This document shows, one piece after another, positions 50,109 through 61,005 of a stretch of DNA of 64,000 bases; the stretch's first letter is position 1; every line of letters starts with the position of its first letter. The notes beneath the pieces were generated by a model, which saw only the letters and a list, made by a program, of their open reading frames with translations, searched no databases and was not told where the DNA came from. The translations under genes and the position numbers were made by a program. Source of the DNA: Nitrosopumilus sp. (GTDB lineage: Archaea > Thermoproteota > Nitrososphaeria > Nitrososphaerales > Nitrosopumilaceae); assembly GCA_965207075.1 (NCBI GenBank), contig CBDBLO010000002.1, positions 1,632,001 through 1,696,000 of the forward strand, written 5' to 3'.

Positions 50109-51806
50109 TCAGCTCACGCGCTCCGTTATCATCTTTGACACCCGGGCCTCCCCGATGTCGGCTATGAACGGGCCCAGCCGCGGCCCGCGGCGGCTCCCCA
50201 GTATTATCTGGTACAGAGCGGCAAATACGTCCTTTGGTTGAGCCCCGCACGACTTTGCCGCGTCGTATATGCCCGTCTGGATGTCATCGGGGGTCCCGCG
50301 CCCGGAGTCTAGCATGCGCGCAATGCTTCCGAGCGCCGCGCGCATGTTGTCGTCAACCGTAATCTCAGCGGATCCGCCCCCCTCGTCAAACTCGTCGGCG
50401 TAGTTGCCGGCAAGGCGTACGAGTTCCTCCACCTCTGGCGAGGGTTCCGGTATGGTCCCGTACTCGAGCAGTTTTTCCACGACGCGCCTGGTCCGGTCGT
50501 TCTTGTACACCCTTGCAAGCTTCGCGGCAAGCATGTACCCGACGTGCGCGCCGGGGCGCTCTGGCGGCCTGAGCAGGTTTGCATAAAGGTACAGCCCCCT
50601 GGCCTTGGCAAGCTTGGCGGGGTTTCCGCGCAGCTCCTTCCGGACGCGCCCAAAGTAGGCGTCCTCGAGTTCGTTGAACTCGTCCATGAGGGAGGGCACG
50701 TCCTCGCGTATGCCAAGCTCGCGCGCGCCTGCGATTCTCTTGTAAAGCAGCAGCAGTATAGACTGCGGGGAGCCGAACTCCAGCCATCTTTGCGCCGTCA
50801 GTACGTTGCCTGCAGACTTTGATATCTTCTTGCCGCCCTTGTCAAGGAACATCTCGTATTTGGTGTGGTGCGGATGCGCGTACCCCAGCACGTGTTCGGC
50901 CACCCAGTCGTTGACCCTTACAGAGTCCATTATGTCCTTGCCGTATGCCTCGAACCTGACGTCAAATGCGGCCCACCGGGCGGCAAACTCCACCTTCCAG
51001 GCGAGCTTGCCAAGAGAGCCCCCGTCGATCTTGGCGCAGCCCGAATGGCCGCACCCGGATATGGCGCGTCCGGCCATCTGGGTGTCGCGGCACTCGTAGG
51101 ATACCGCGCGCGCCGACTCGTCGTAGGATACGGCCTGCGCCGTGTAGAGCCTGCTGCACGACTCGCACACCGGAAAGTACGGCAGCGACAGCTGGTACTT
51201 TGACTGGCCTACCATCTCGGCAATCTTCTCGCCGATCTCGGCGCTGCGGCACAGTATGGCGTGAATCTGGTCTCTAAGCAGTCCCTGCCTGTACGTGTCG
51301 TATGCCCGCCTGAACTCGTACTCGATGCCGACCCTGTCAAGCCCGTCGAGCAGTATGCTGCTCATGTGCATGCCGTACGAGTCGTGGCACGAGAACGGAT
51401 CCGGAATAAGCGAGACGGGCCTTGCCAGGTGTTCCTCAAGCGAGGCAGGCAGTCCGTCGGGCACCTTCCGCAGCCCGTCCAGGTCATCAGAGTAGGCGAC
51501 CAGCTTTGAGTCGTATCCAAGGTTGCCCAGCGCCAGCTTGACGCCGTAGGCCCTGGCCGCGTCACCCAGGCTGCCTATGTGGGGAATGCCAGAGGCGCCA
51601 AGCCCGCTCTCGACTATAATCATGCCGGTGTCGCGTCCAAGCGACTTTTCGCGGCGCACAAGCTCGTATGCAAGCTTGTCAAGCCACGTCCCGTGTCCGA
51701 TGACATCCCCGCCCCCGTCGCGGCTGCTGCTGTTGCCGCCGCTGCCGCGGCCGCCGTCGAGTGGGCCTTCCGCCGCCGCCTTTGCAGCATCCCGCGTGTC
51801 AGTCAT
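50109..51806 (-). CDS. lysS: class I lysyl-tRNA synthetase
   Basis: SGIPHIG, KL.WKVEF, FEAYGKD, KISKS, GPRLG. Confidence 0.96.
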   Translation of the reverse strand: MTDTRDAAKAAAEGPLDGGRGSGGNSSSRDGGGDVIGHGTWLDKLAYELVRREKSLGRDTGMIIVESGLGASGIPHIGSLGDAARAYGVKLALGNLGYDSKLVAYSDDLDGLRKVPDGLPASLEEHLARPVSLIPDPFSCHDSYGMHMSSILLDGLDRVGIEYEFRRAYDTYRQGLLRDQIHAILCRSAEIGEKIAEMVGQSKYQLSLPYFPVCESCSRLYTAQAVSYDESARAVSYECRDTQMAGRAISGCGHSGCAKIDGGSLGKLAWKVEFAARWAAFDVRFEAYGKDIMDSVRVNDWVAEHVLGYAHPHHTKYEMFLDKGGKKISKSAGNVLTAQRWLEFGSPQSILLLLYKRIAGARELGIREDVPSLMDEFNELEDAYFGRVRKELRGNPAKLAKARGLYLYANLLRPPERPGAHVGYMLAAKLARVYKNDRTRRVVEKLLEYGTIPEPSPEVEELVRLAGNYADEFDEGGGSAEITVDDNMRAALGSIARMLDSGRGTPDDIQTGIYDAAKSCGAQPKDVFAALYQIILGSRRGPRLGPFIADIGEARVSKMITERVS

Positions 51807-51879
51807 GGCAGCACCGCCCGCGTACCCGGCGTCGAAACTGCCAGCATCATAGTCACCGTCACCACCAACGTCGCCACCA

Positions 51880-53730
51880 CTACAGATCCCTTGCCATGTA
51901 GGGCCCATATAACGAGTATCCCAGCTTTCGATAGTATTCCCTAGTGCCAATGGCACTTATCACCAGGAGCCTGCGCGCGCCGAATCTTTCTCGCGCCACG
52001 TTCTCGGCGTTTTCCACTAGGGCCCGTCCCAGCCCCGAGTGCTGTATCGCGGCGCCTAAGGCAGGGGCAGTCGGCGGCGGGGCGCCCAGTCCCACCATCC
52101 TTCCATAGACGTGCAGCTCCCTTATGAGGCACGTCTCGGCCGAGACCTCGGGCCTGTGCGCGCCGGGCCCCGGACGGCGGAGCCGGACGAACCCGTATAT
52201 CCTCTCGGCATCGTCCTCGTACGATATGAACGCCTCGCTGCCGCCTGACGAGTCGTAGTGTACGACGTCAAGGCGCAGGGCGTCCGGCCCCGCATGCGCG
52301 GACTGTCCGGCGTCGCTGCCGTTGTTGTTGCTGCTGTTGCTGCCGATGCTATTGCTATTGCCCGCACGTCCGTGCGCCCCATCACGCCCGTCATTGCGAT
52401 CATAGCAGGCGTTGCGGCGGCGCGACAGCCCTGCCTCCCTGCACCTGATGCACCTGCACGGAGTCCCCTGCTCCTCGAGTCTCTGGCGCACCAGCTGCCT
52501 GAGGTTTCCCTGCCGGGGGCCCGCCACTATCTGCGACGGCGGAATCTCCCTCTGGACGCGCATTATGCGGACCCACTTTGGGATCCTCCTCTTTGCCTCT
52601 GCAAGGACGCGTATCATCTCCTGATCAGAGTACGGCTCATATCTTCCGTTCCGGTACTCCTCGTACAGGGGCGTGCCCCGTATCACGAGCGACGGGTATA
52701 TCTTCAGCATGTCGGGCCTCAGGTCCGAATCGTCGTACAGCCTGGCAAAGTCCTCGATGTCCATGTCCGGCGTCATTGTGGGCAGGCCCGGCATCATGTG
52801 CGCGGCAATCTTGTACCCGGCATCCTTTGCAAGCTGGAACGACCTTGTCACGTCCGCGTACGTGTGCCCCCTGTTGGTGATGCGGTACACGTTATCGCGC
52901 AGCGACTGGACGCCGATCTCCACCCGCGTGGCGCCGTAGCCAAGCATGGAGTCGATGTGCTCCTCCATGCAATAGTCCGGCTTGGTCTCCACCGTGAGCC
53001 CGACGCAGCGGACGCGCGACGTCTCATTGAGGAGCTGCGCCTGCGCCAGGCTGTCCGACGCGGCGCCGTTCAGCGCGTCATAGCACGATTTTACAAAGGC
53101 TTCTCGGTACTGCCGTGGCATGAACAGGAACGTCCCGCCCACTATCACGATCTCAGTCTTCGAGGTGTCGTGGCCGAACGCCTCCAGCTGCTCCAGCTTG
53201 GTGCGTATCTGCGGGACCGGATCGTGATCGTACCTTATGGCGTCCAGTGCTGGCGGCTCGGCCCCGGTATAGCTGTTAGGGGTGCCGTACTCGGGCCCTC
53301 CTGGGCAGTACGTGCACCGGCCGTGGGGGCACGCAAAGGGCTTTGGCATCACGGCCACCACGGCGACGCCGGAGGCCGTCTTTGCGGGCTTTTTGAGGAG
53401 CATCCGGCCCAGGGCCGCGAGCCCGGGATCATCCTGTAGCCGGATCTGCTGGCCGCCGCCGCTGCTGCTGCTGCTGTTGCTGCTGCTGTCGCACGCGCCA
53501 TGCGCCGGACTGTCGCCGGGCATGCCGGAGGCCGCGGCCGACAGAATCTCGCGGTTCTTCGGCACCCTCGGCAACCCATACCTAGAGCACGCGTCAAATA
53601 TGACCCGGCGCACGCGTCCCGGGTCGTGGCCGGCTCCCGACCCGTCCATCTCAAGGAGCGCGGACGCAATCTCGCGGCATGCGCGCCTCATCTTGCCCGC
53701 GTCCGTGCGCGAGGGGAAGGTCACGGCCAT
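51880..53730 (-). CDS. elp3: Elp3 radical-SAM/KAT tRNA U34 modification enzyme
   Basis: CPHGRCTYCPGG, ETKPD, EIGVQS, LKIYP, RELHVYG, QHSGLG. Confidence 0.96.
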   Translation of the reverse strand: MAVTFPSRTDAGKMRRACREIASALLEMDGSGAGHDPGRVRRVIFDACSRYGLPRVPKNREILSAAASGMPGDSPAHGACDSSSNSSSSSGGGQQIRLQDDPGLAALGRMLLKKPAKTASGVAVVAVMPKPFACPHGRCTYCPGGPEYGTPNSYTGAEPPALDAIRYDHDPVPQIRTKLEQLEAFGHDTSKTEIVIVGGTFLFMPRQYREAFVKSCYDALNGAASDSLAQAQLLNETSRVRCVGLTVETKPDYCMEEHIDSMLGYGATRVEIGVQSLRDNVYRITNRGHTYADVTRSFQLAKDAGYKIAAHMMPGLPTMTPDMDIEDFARLYDDSDLRPDMLKIYPSLVIRGTPLYEEYRNGRYEPYSDQEMIRVLAEAKRRIPKWVRIMRVQREIPPSQIVAGPRQGNLRQLVRQRLEEQGTPCRCIRCREAGLSRRRNACYDRNDGRDGAHGRAGNSNSIGSNSSNNNGSDAGQSAHAGPDALRLDVVHYDSSGGSEAFISYEDDAERIYGFVRLRRPGPGAHRPEVSAETCLIRELHVYGRMVGLGAPPPTAPALGAAIQHSGLGRALVENAENVARERFGARRLLVISAIGTREYYRKLGYSLYGPYMARDL

Positions 53731-53801
53731 GTCGCGGCACCGCGCCAGCCTTTGCGGCAAGTCACATACGGCGGCCCCCCGGCGGAAGTCGGTTCTCGCA
53801 T

Positions 53802-55079
53802 CTAGAACACCACCCTCTCTTCTCCGGGGCCGTCCTCTCCGTCCTCCCCGGACTCGGGCGCCTGTCCGGCCTCCGAGGCAGGTTCGTTCTTGTACAGCAT
53901 CTTGAGCCATATCGGCGTGATTATGGTGGTGAGCGCGACCATGATCACGACAGTCGAGTACACCTCCGACGTCAGTATCCCGGCGCCCACGCCGACGCCG
54001 GCCACGATGAGCCCCACCTCGCCCCTGGAGACCATCCCGACCCCGACGCGCATCCCGCGCATCCGGCTCTTCAGGAACAGCATCGCCGGAATGCCGCACC
54101 CGAACAGCTTTGTGGAGATTGCAATCACCATTATGACCCCGCTGAGCATCAGCACGGTCGCGTCAACCGACCTAAAGTCCACCTGGGCCCCTATTATGGC
54201 AAAGAAGAGCGGCGCGAATATCAGCGCAATCTTCTCCGTGTACAGCCCGACCACCTTGAATATCTTCGTGGTGGACAGCGCCATGCCGACTGCAAAGGCC
54301 CCCACTATGGGCGACAGCCCTATGGAGCCTGCAAACGCGGCGGCCCCGAAGAACGACGCCGTAGCTATGCCCTCCACGCTGCCCTCGGCCTTCCAGAACC
54401 GGGTGGACATCAGGCGGGGCATTATGACCACCGAGGTTATCAGCATGGCCGCGAAGAACCCGAGCACCTGCAGTATGGTTATAGTCACCTCCGTAACGTC
54501 GAGGCTCTCAAGCCCGTCTGCGCTGCCCGCAATCGACGTCACCACCGACAGCACCGCGATCGCGAGTATGTCATCCACGATTGCGGCCCCTATGATCAGC
54601 CGCGCCTCCGGCGACTTTATCTTGCCAAGCTCGTTGAGCACCTGGACCGATATCGCGATGCTCGTCGCGGTCAGCGCGGTCGCGATCATCATGGACTGGA
54701 GCGCGTCGAACCCGAACCACTGGAAGACCATCAGTCCCGCAAAGAACGGGACGACCACGCCGAGCGTCCCGACCGTAAAGGACGCCTTGCCGCCGCGTAG
54801 AAACTCCCGCGGCGTCATCTCGAGGCCCGCCATGAACAGTATCACGATCGCGCCAATCTCGCCGAGCAGCTTCAGCTCGGGCCCTATCTCCAGCAGCTTC
54901 GAGCCGTCTATGATGAGAAACGAGCCGAGCGCAAAGGGCCCCACGATCATGCCGGCGAGAAGCTCGCCGAGTACGATTGGCAGCTTTAGCCGCAGGAACA
55001 GCTCCGCCATCAGTTTTGCGGCAAACAGCAGGATCCCCACCGCAATGATAATCTCGATAAAACCGGCCTCGGCTGCCAT
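53802..55079 (-). CDS. CPA2 cation:proton antiporter
   Basis: LGELLAG..GP, ATSIAI, AIVDD, GAFAVG, SRGEV. Confidence 0.93.
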   Translation of the reverse strand: MAAEAGFIEIIIAVGILLFAAKLMAELFLRLKLPIVLGELLAGMIVGPFALGSFLIIDGSKLLEIGPELKLLGEIGAIVILFMAGLEMTPREFLRGGKASFTVGTLGVVVPFFAGLMVFQWFGFDALQSMMIATALTATSIAISVQVLNELGKIKSPEARLIIGAAIVDDILAIAVLSVVTSIAGSADGLESLDVTEVTITILQVLGFFAAMLITSVVIMPRLMSTRFWKAEGSVEGIATASFFGAAAFAGSIGLSPIVGAFAVGMALSTTKIFKVVGLYTEKIALIFAPLFFAIIGAQVDFRSVDATVLMLSGVIMVIAISTKLFGCGIPAMLFLKSRMRGMRVGVGMVSRGEVGLIVAGVGVGAGILTSEVYSTVVIMVALTTIITPIWLKMLYKNEPASEAGQAPESGEDGEDGPGEERVVF

Positions 55080-55333
55080 GCAGTTCGCGTGCCCAACGTG
55101 CAATATATACGGCCACGCCGTCCCGCCGCCTCGGAACACGCGCGCGCAAACCCGGATCCTGCATGGCGCCGGCAGTTGTCACCGCATGGCGCCGGCAGCC
55201 CTCCCCTCAGATGCACCGGTACCTGCGGGCGCCTCTGCGGGCATGGGCGGCGCCGCCGTACACGTCCGAGCTCCCGCGCATGCAGGCAGCGCCGCGCCGT
55301 CGGATCAGGCCAACGCGTCCTGTCAGGCCGACG

Positions 55334-56389
55334 TCACGCGATGCGTGTAGACCCGACCGTGACTCCGGCGTCGGCCGTAACGCGGCCTATGCGCCTCGAG
55401 CGTATGCGGTATCTTGAAAACGCCCTTGTGATGGCAGGGGCCGAGTCCTCCGGGGCCACCACGCAGAACCCCACGCCCATGTTAAAGGTGCGGTACATCT
55501 CGCTCACAGGGATGCGGCCGCGCTCCATCACAAGCTGCATTATCCTCGGCATGGGGGGCAGGTCGTCGATCTCAAACCCTATGCGCTTGAGCCTCGTCAG
55601 CTTGGTAAAGGAGCCCCCCGTGATGTGGGCAAGGCCGTGTATCTCGATCTTGGCGTCCCGTATCATGTCCAGCACGGGCTTGACGTAGATCTCAGTCGGC
55701 TCCAGCAGCGCATCCCCCACGGTGGGCCCTCCCCGGTACAGCTTTGAGCGGAGGGGCGTGCCGTCGAGCGCCTTTCTTGCAAGCGTGTACCCGTTTGAGT
55801 GCAGTCCCGTACTGTGGGCGCCAATTATGACGTCGCCCCTGACGATGCGGCCGCCGAGAATCCCCGCAGTGCCCCTCTTTGACTGGGGCAGGAGCCCGAC
55901 CACCGTGCCGGCAAGGTCGAACTCGAATTTTCTGCTGTTGCCGCCCCCAAACAGCCCCGGCATCACCGCAGTCTCGCCGCCGACTATGGGCACGGCGCCC
56001 CTTCTTGCCCCCCTGGCAAGCCCCCGGGCAATCTCGGCGAACTTGGACTCGTCGTTCCGGTTCGCCGCAATATAGTTTACAAACGATATGGGAGTGGCGC
56101 CCGTGCATATCACGTCGTTGACGTTCATGGCCACGCAGTCTATTCCGACCGTGTCGTACCTCTTCAGCGCGTTTGCGACCATCACCTTTGTCCCGACCCC
56201 GTCCGTATGGGTCGCTATGCGCGCGCCCCTGCCGCCGATCCTGACGATCCCAGCATAGTGCCCGAACCCGTGCTCCACCCGGACCGCATCCTGCGCCCGG
56301 TGCGTGCCGGCTATTATGCGGCCTATTCGGTTCTGGCTCTTCTTGATCGACGCAATGTCGACCCCGGCCGACTTGTACGTGGTGGCCGT
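55334..56389 (-). CDS. purM: phosphoribosylformylglycinamidine cyclo-ligase; start codon non-canonical or frameshifted
   Basis: TYKSAGVDI, TDGVGTK, GGETA, GLHSNGY, HITGG, TFNMGVG; the conserved N-terminus lies upstream of the first GTG (56278). Confidence 0.92.
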   Translation of the reverse strand, partial: TATTYKSAGVDIASIKKSQNRIGRIIAGTHRAQDAVRVEHGFGHYAGIVRIGGRGARIATHTDGVGTKVMVANALKRYDTVGIDCVAMNVNDVICTGATPISFVNYIAANRNDESKFAEIARGLARGARRGAVPIVGGETAVMPGLFGGGNSRKFEFDLAGTVVGLLPQSKRGTAGILGGRIVRGDVIIGAHSTGLHSNGYTLARKALDGTPLRSKLYRGGPTVGDALLEPTEIYVKPVLDMIRDAKIEIHGLAHITGGSFTKLTRLKRIGFEIDDLPPMPRIMQLVMERGRIPVSEMYRTFNMGVGFCVVAPEDSAPAITRAFSRYRIRSRRIGRVTADAGVTVGSTRIA

Positions 56390-56709
56390 TTCACATCGGC
56401 CCCCGCTCGACGCGCCGCGCGCGCCCGCATGCCGCCGCGTGTCGAGTCATAAATCCACACGCAAGCCGCACCAGATAAATTGTTTCACATGCATCCACAA
56501 CAACGCGCTGCACCATGCGTGTTAATTACCTTTGGCAGTCACGTTTGAGGGGCGGGGGAGAAAGAGTGACAAGTGGCGTCACATTCAGGGCGGGATGATG
56601 CCGTCGTGCCGCGCTTCTGACGCGCGCCCGGGGTTCCGGCGCCGGGACAGCTGCCAGCGCCGCGTCCCATGATCATCTCCTTTAAACATAACACCCATGC
56701 CGTACAGGC

Positions 56710-57699
56710 ATGGAAGAGGTCCTGGCCAGCGCCGCGCTCGTGGCGGCGGGACTGGCCCTGCTCTGCTTTGGCGGCAACTGGCTGGTGGGCGGAGGCGAGA
56801 AGATTGCAAAGAGGTTCAGGGTGAGCAGTTTCGTAATCGGCATGACAGTCATCGCATACGGGACGTCAACACCCGAGCTGGCGGCCAGCGTTGCAGCCGC
56901 CACGGGCGGGTACGGGGCCATCATACTCGGAAATATCATCGGCAGCAACATAGCAAACGTCGGCATGGTGATAGGAATATCCGCCGTGCTGATCCCGTTG
57001 GCCGTTGGAAGGGACGTCCTGCGCAAGGAGATCCCAGTCATGATCGGGGCATCCGTGCTCTTGGTCGCGCTCTCGGCAGACGGAGAGGTGTCGCAGTACG
57101 ACGGGTTCATCCTGCTTGCAGGTCTCGGTGTCGTCACGTACAGGACAATGAGGATCATCAAGGGGCAGAGGGCAGAGACAGGCGGGAAGGAGCCATCGAC
57201 ACCGCCGGACAGCCGGTCGGAACCGGGCGCGACGCAGGTCCAGCAGCCGGTCGGCAAGTTCTATGCAAGGAACGTGGGCATGATAGGCGCTGGAATCGCC
57301 CTGCTGTATGTGGGCGCGATTCTCACAGTCGACCATGCGGTAATACTGGCAAAGACGTTCGGCCTCTCAGAGAAGGTGATAGGTCTGACGGTGGTGGCAA
57401 TCGGAACGTCGCTGCCGGAACTGATTACGTCCATTATGGCGATCCGCAGGGGCCAGCAGGACATTGGCGTGGGCAACATAATCGGGAGTAACATCTACAA
57501 CGTGCTCATGATCATGGGGGTGGGCGCGGCGCTCGGGGGCGTCGCGATATCAGACGACACGTATGTGGACTATGGGATCATGCTGGCGTTTGGCGCCGCG
57601 CTACTGGCCGCGCTAAAAACGGGGCGGATAGGCAGGCCCGTCGGCATATGCCTGGCAGCGGGCTATGTCGCATACCTTGGAGTGTCGCTTGTAAGGTGA
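56710..57699 (+). CDS. calcium/sodium antiporter (YrbG-like, CaCA)
   Basis: Two GTSxPE and GNIIGSN alpha repeats. Confidence 0.93.
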   Translation: MEEVLASAALVAAGLALLCFGGNWLVGGGEKIAKRFRVSSFVIGMTVIAYGTSTPELAASVAAATGGYGAIILGNIIGSNIANVGMVIGISAVLIPLAVGRDVLRKEIPVMIGASVLLVALSADGEVSQYDGFILLAGLGVVTYRTMRIIKGQRAETGGKEPSTPPDSRSEPGATQVQQPVGKFYARNVGMIGAGIALLYVGAILTVDHAVILAKTFGLSEKVIGLTVVAIGTSLPELITSIMAIRRGQQDIGVGNIIGSNIYNVLMIMGVGAALGGVAISDDTYVDYGIMLAFGAALLAALKTGRIGRPVGICLAAGYVAYLGVSLVR

Positions 57700-57897
57700 G
57701 ACGCGGGATGCAGTCTCTACTGCCGTTTCGGTAGTGACAACAGCGGCAGCAACGGCGACGGCAACCGAATCTACAAAAGCGCTCGGTATGGCTCCCATTA
57801 TTATCCAAGGATCATGTTAGGCGATGATGGTTGAAAGCTACCTTCCGAGGCTGCACGCACGATCCACGCCCTGATGCGGCGCGCCTGATGCGGCGCG

Positions 57898-59538
57898 TCA
57901 CGATATGCGCATGACCGGGACGTCCTCCACCCGTATCGACGGGGTGACTGACGAGAGCGAGGCCCACTGTACCACGTTACGGGTGTCGTCGCCCACGCCG
58001 GAGACGTCCATCAACAGCCGTGGCAGGTTGTGCATTATGCGCACGGGCTTGGCCGGGCGCGTGATCCGCCCGTTCCGTATGAGCGCGATCCCGCTGCGCG
58101 CCGTGCATGAAAAGTCACCGCTTATCGGGTTTACCGCGTACGTGTACCAGAGGCGGCCTACCAGCAGCCCCCTTTTCACATCCCGAATCATCTCATCGGG
58201 TGGGATCCGCTCCACATCGGAGGATACGGACATGTTGTGCGGGGCGGACACCGGTATCGGGTCGGCGCCGCGGCCCAGTGGGACTGCCATGCGCGTCGCG
58301 TTTCCAGGCCTGGCAGCTGCCATCACACGATCTTCTCCGACGGGGCCGCGTGCCGCAGAATCAGAACCAGAGGCGCCTGCAGAGGATCCGTTTGCGGCAT
58401 CATGGCAGTCGGGCGTAGCGCTGTCGTTGGCGCCACCATGGTTGGTGTCACTGCCGTTATCACTGCCATCGTTATCATAAACGGCCCTGTAATAGTCAAA
58501 GAGGTCAGAGTATGTCTCCTCAAACACCCCGCGCTTTACAAGCGGGCGGCCTGCAGTCGGTATGCCTTCCGCGTCTATGCGATGCGAGCCGATGGCGTCC
58601 GGCGCGTGGGGGTCGTCTTGTATGGTGAGCATCTCGGATGCTACGGGGCGGCCCGCGTTGCCCGAAAAGCAGCTGCGCCCGTCCAGGACGCGCTTGAGCT
58701 CAAAGTTCGGTGCCACGACAAAGGCCAGCAGTTCACCGACCGAGTACGGCTCGAATATGACCGTGTACGTACCGTCGTCTACAGAGACAGGGTTTACCGA
58801 GCGGATGCACATATCGCGGGCGTCGGCCCCGGCCCGTTCCGGATCAAAGCCGTCAAGCGTCCTAGCGCTGCCGTATCCGATTCCAGAGACGGTTGGATAT
58901 GGCTGCGACTGCTGCTGCGCCGCTGCGCCAGACGCAGACGCGCCGCCCGCGCGCAGGGCCGACTCGGCATTTACAAGCCCCGCCACGTACGTGGACGTCT
59001 CGACATCATGCAGGCCGCGGGTGTTTGACACCTCGAACGTCTCGCATACGACGTGAAGCGAGCCCGTAATTGCCCCGACCTTTTTGTTCGAGGCGGCCAC
59101 AATCATGCGCTCTGCCAGATCCTCGGCCTCCCCACAGGTCATGCGGTCAAGGCGCGCGTCGTACGTGCCGCGCAGCTCGCCCGGCCTCCCGCGCGATGCG
59201 GGTTCTGCAAGCCCGCGCCAGAACCTGCAGGGCCGCTGGATGCTTCCGGACGCGTGTACCATGCGCCCGACGATCTCAGAAGCCCGGCCGGAGCCGGCGG
59301 GGACCGAGGCCGACGCAATGCGTCCTCGCGCCACCAGCCGTATGCCGTACTGGTCGTCTGAGACCTGCTTTGCCTCCGATACGGCGGAATCCGTGATCCG
59401 AATGGTGGTGACGCGGCGGGCCGCGCGCACGACCTCGCACTCGTCGGCGCCAAGCCGGACTGCCATACCAAGCAGGCGCTCGGGATCCGCTGGCGAGTCA
59501 GGCGGACGCGGCGATGCGGCGGACGGACCGGGCGGCAA
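57898..59538 (-). CDS. TldD/PmbA family protein (TldE-like)
   Basis: DDP..D.EG, NPISGDFS, TPSI. Confidence 0.87.
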   Translation of the reverse strand: MPPGPSAASPRPPDSPADPERLLGMAVRLGADECEVVRAARRVTTIRITDSAVSEAKQVSDDQYGIRLVARGRIASASVPAGSGRASEIVGRMVHASGSIQRPCRFWRGLAEPASRGRPGELRGTYDARLDRMTCGEAEDLAERMIVAASNKKVGAITGSLHVVCETFEVSNTRGLHDVETSTYVAGLVNAESALRAGGASASGAAAQQQSQPYPTVSGIGYGSARTLDGFDPERAGADARDMCIRSVNPVSVDDGTYTVIFEPYSVGELLAFVVAPNFELKRVLDGRSCFSGNAGRPVASEMLTIQDDPHAPDAIGSHRIDAEGIPTAGRPLVKRGVFEETYSDLFDYYRAVYDNDGSDNGSDTNHGGANDSATPDCHDAANGSSAGASGSDSAARGPVGEDRVMAAARPGNATRMAVPLGRGADPIPVSAPHNMSVSSDVERIPPDEMIRDVKRGLLVGRLWYTYAVNPISGDFSCTARSGIALIRNGRITRPAKPVRIMHNLPRLLMDVSGVGDDTRNVVQWASLSSVTPSIRVEDVPVMRIS

Positions 59539-59547
59539 TGGGGCGCC

Positions 59548-61005
59548 TCACTCCGACTGCTTTTTGCCGCGCGGGTTCTGATAGCGGAACTTTGAGATCG
59601 TTATCAGCTCTGCATAGGAGCCAAACGAGGACGCGTCGGCAGAGTCAAGCCCGTCTGATCCTGGACTGCCGCCGGGGCCGGGGCCGCTGCGCAGTCCGGC
59701 GGCGGTTTTGTCGTTGCCACCGTGGAAGCCACCATAACAGTCATCATCGTCGTCGTCTGACGGCGCAAACCTGCGCAGTATGTTGTACCTCGTGTCACGC
59801 TCGACCGGGACGCGTCCGGCCTCCCTGATCATGCGGCGTATCTCGCGGGGCCTGAGAAGCTGTCCGTACGCGGAGCCGGCAGAGGTCGATATGCTCTCGT
59901 TTATCAGCGTGCCCCCAAAGTCGTTTGCGCCCCACCTGAGCAGAATCTGGGACATGCCGGGGCCCTCCTTGACCCAGGACATCTGTATGTTGTCTATGTA
60001 GTTGTTGAGCATTATCCTTGCGATGGCGTGCGTCAGCAGTACGTCGCGCCCGCTGCCCCCCTTGCGTATGTTGTCATGCGTGCCGCGTATGTACATGGGC
60101 GCCTCCGTGTGCACAAAGTTCAGCGGCACGAACTCGGTGAACCCGCCGGTCTCCCTCTGTATGTCCCGTATGCGGGCCATGTGGGCGACTCTCTGCCGCA
60201 TCGTCTCGACGTGCCCGAACATCATGGTGGACGTGGTCCGGAGGCCCGCCGCGTGGGCGCCGCGTATCACGCGCTCCCAGTCGCTCACGGTTATGCGCCC
60301 CGGCGATATCGAGTCGCGCAGCCCCTGGTCGAGGATCTCGGCCGACGTTCCCGGCAGCGTGTCCACCCCGGCCTCTTTGACGCGCGCCAAAAACTCCTCC
60401 ACCGGTACGCCTGAGCGGGTCGCCCCGTACAGGATCTCCTCCGGCGAGAACCCGTGTATGTGTATACCCGGAACCTCCCGCTTTATCTCGCGGCATATCT
60501 GCTCGTACAGCCCCCCGTCCATGTCCGGCGGCAGCCCGGCCTGGATGCATACCTCGGTGGCGCCAAGCTCGTGCGCCTCCCTTGCGCGCCTCACGATCTC
60601 ATGGACGGGCAGCATGTACCCCTCCTTCTCCCCCCTAAAGTCGCGGCTAAACGCGCAGAACCCGCACTGCTTTATGCAGACGTTTGTAAAGTTGACGTTG
60701 CGGTTCACCACGTACGAGGCCACGTCGCCCACGCGGCGCCTGCGAAGCTCGTCGGCGGCCATCCCCACCAGGTGCAGGTCGGCATCAGGCACGGCGTACA
60801 GCGCCCGGGCGTCGCGCTCGGAGATCTCCTCCTCGGCAAGCGCCCGCTCAAGTATGTCGCGGATGTCCGGGTCCGCCCCCCTTGCGAGGCTGGAGAACGC
60901 GCCACCGTCGCCGCCCGCCGGGGCCGCGCCGGAAGACGCGTGTGCATCAGGTACAGTGACAGTAGTCGCTGCTGCAGTTGTCGTCACCGCCGTCATAGTC
61001 ACCAT
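59548..61005 (-). CDS. cofH: FO synthase subunit CofH
   Basis: NFTNVCIKQCGFCAF, PGTSAEIL, FTEFVPL, GANDFGGT.INESIS; TGATG overlap with cofG. Confidence 0.95.
   Translation of the reverse strand: MVTMTAVTTTAAATTVTVPDAHASSGAAPAGGDGGAFSSLARGADPDIRDILERALAEEEISERDARALYAVPDADLHLVGMAADELRRRRVGDVASYVVNRNVNFTNVCIKQCGFCAFSRDFRGEKEGYMLPVHEIVRRAREAHELGATEVCIQAGLPPDMDGGLYEQICREIKREVPGIHIHGFSPEEILYGATRSGVPVEEFLARVKEAGVDTLPGTSAEILDQGLRDSISPGRITVSDWERVIRGAHAAGLRTTSTMMFGHVETMRQRVAHMARIRDIQRETGGFTEFVPLNFVHTEAPMYIRGTHDNIRKGGSGRDVLLTHAIARIMLNNYIDNIQMSWVKEGPGMSQILLRWGANDFGGTLINESISTSAGSAYGQLLRPREIRRMIREAGRVPVERDTRYNILRRFAPSDDDDDDCYGGFHGGNDKTAAGLRSGPGPGGSPGSDGLDSADASSFGSYAELITISKFRYQNPRGKKQSE

Noticed and set aside
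53890-55350. Long antisense ORFs (for example 53890-55350, 60002-61222, 40360-41781, 19360-20448)
   Set aside because: Shadow frames of real genes, caused by high GC3 codon bias
57870-57897. REP-like tandem CCTGATGCGGCGCG x2
   Set aside because: A single local duplication, with no other copies seen in the window
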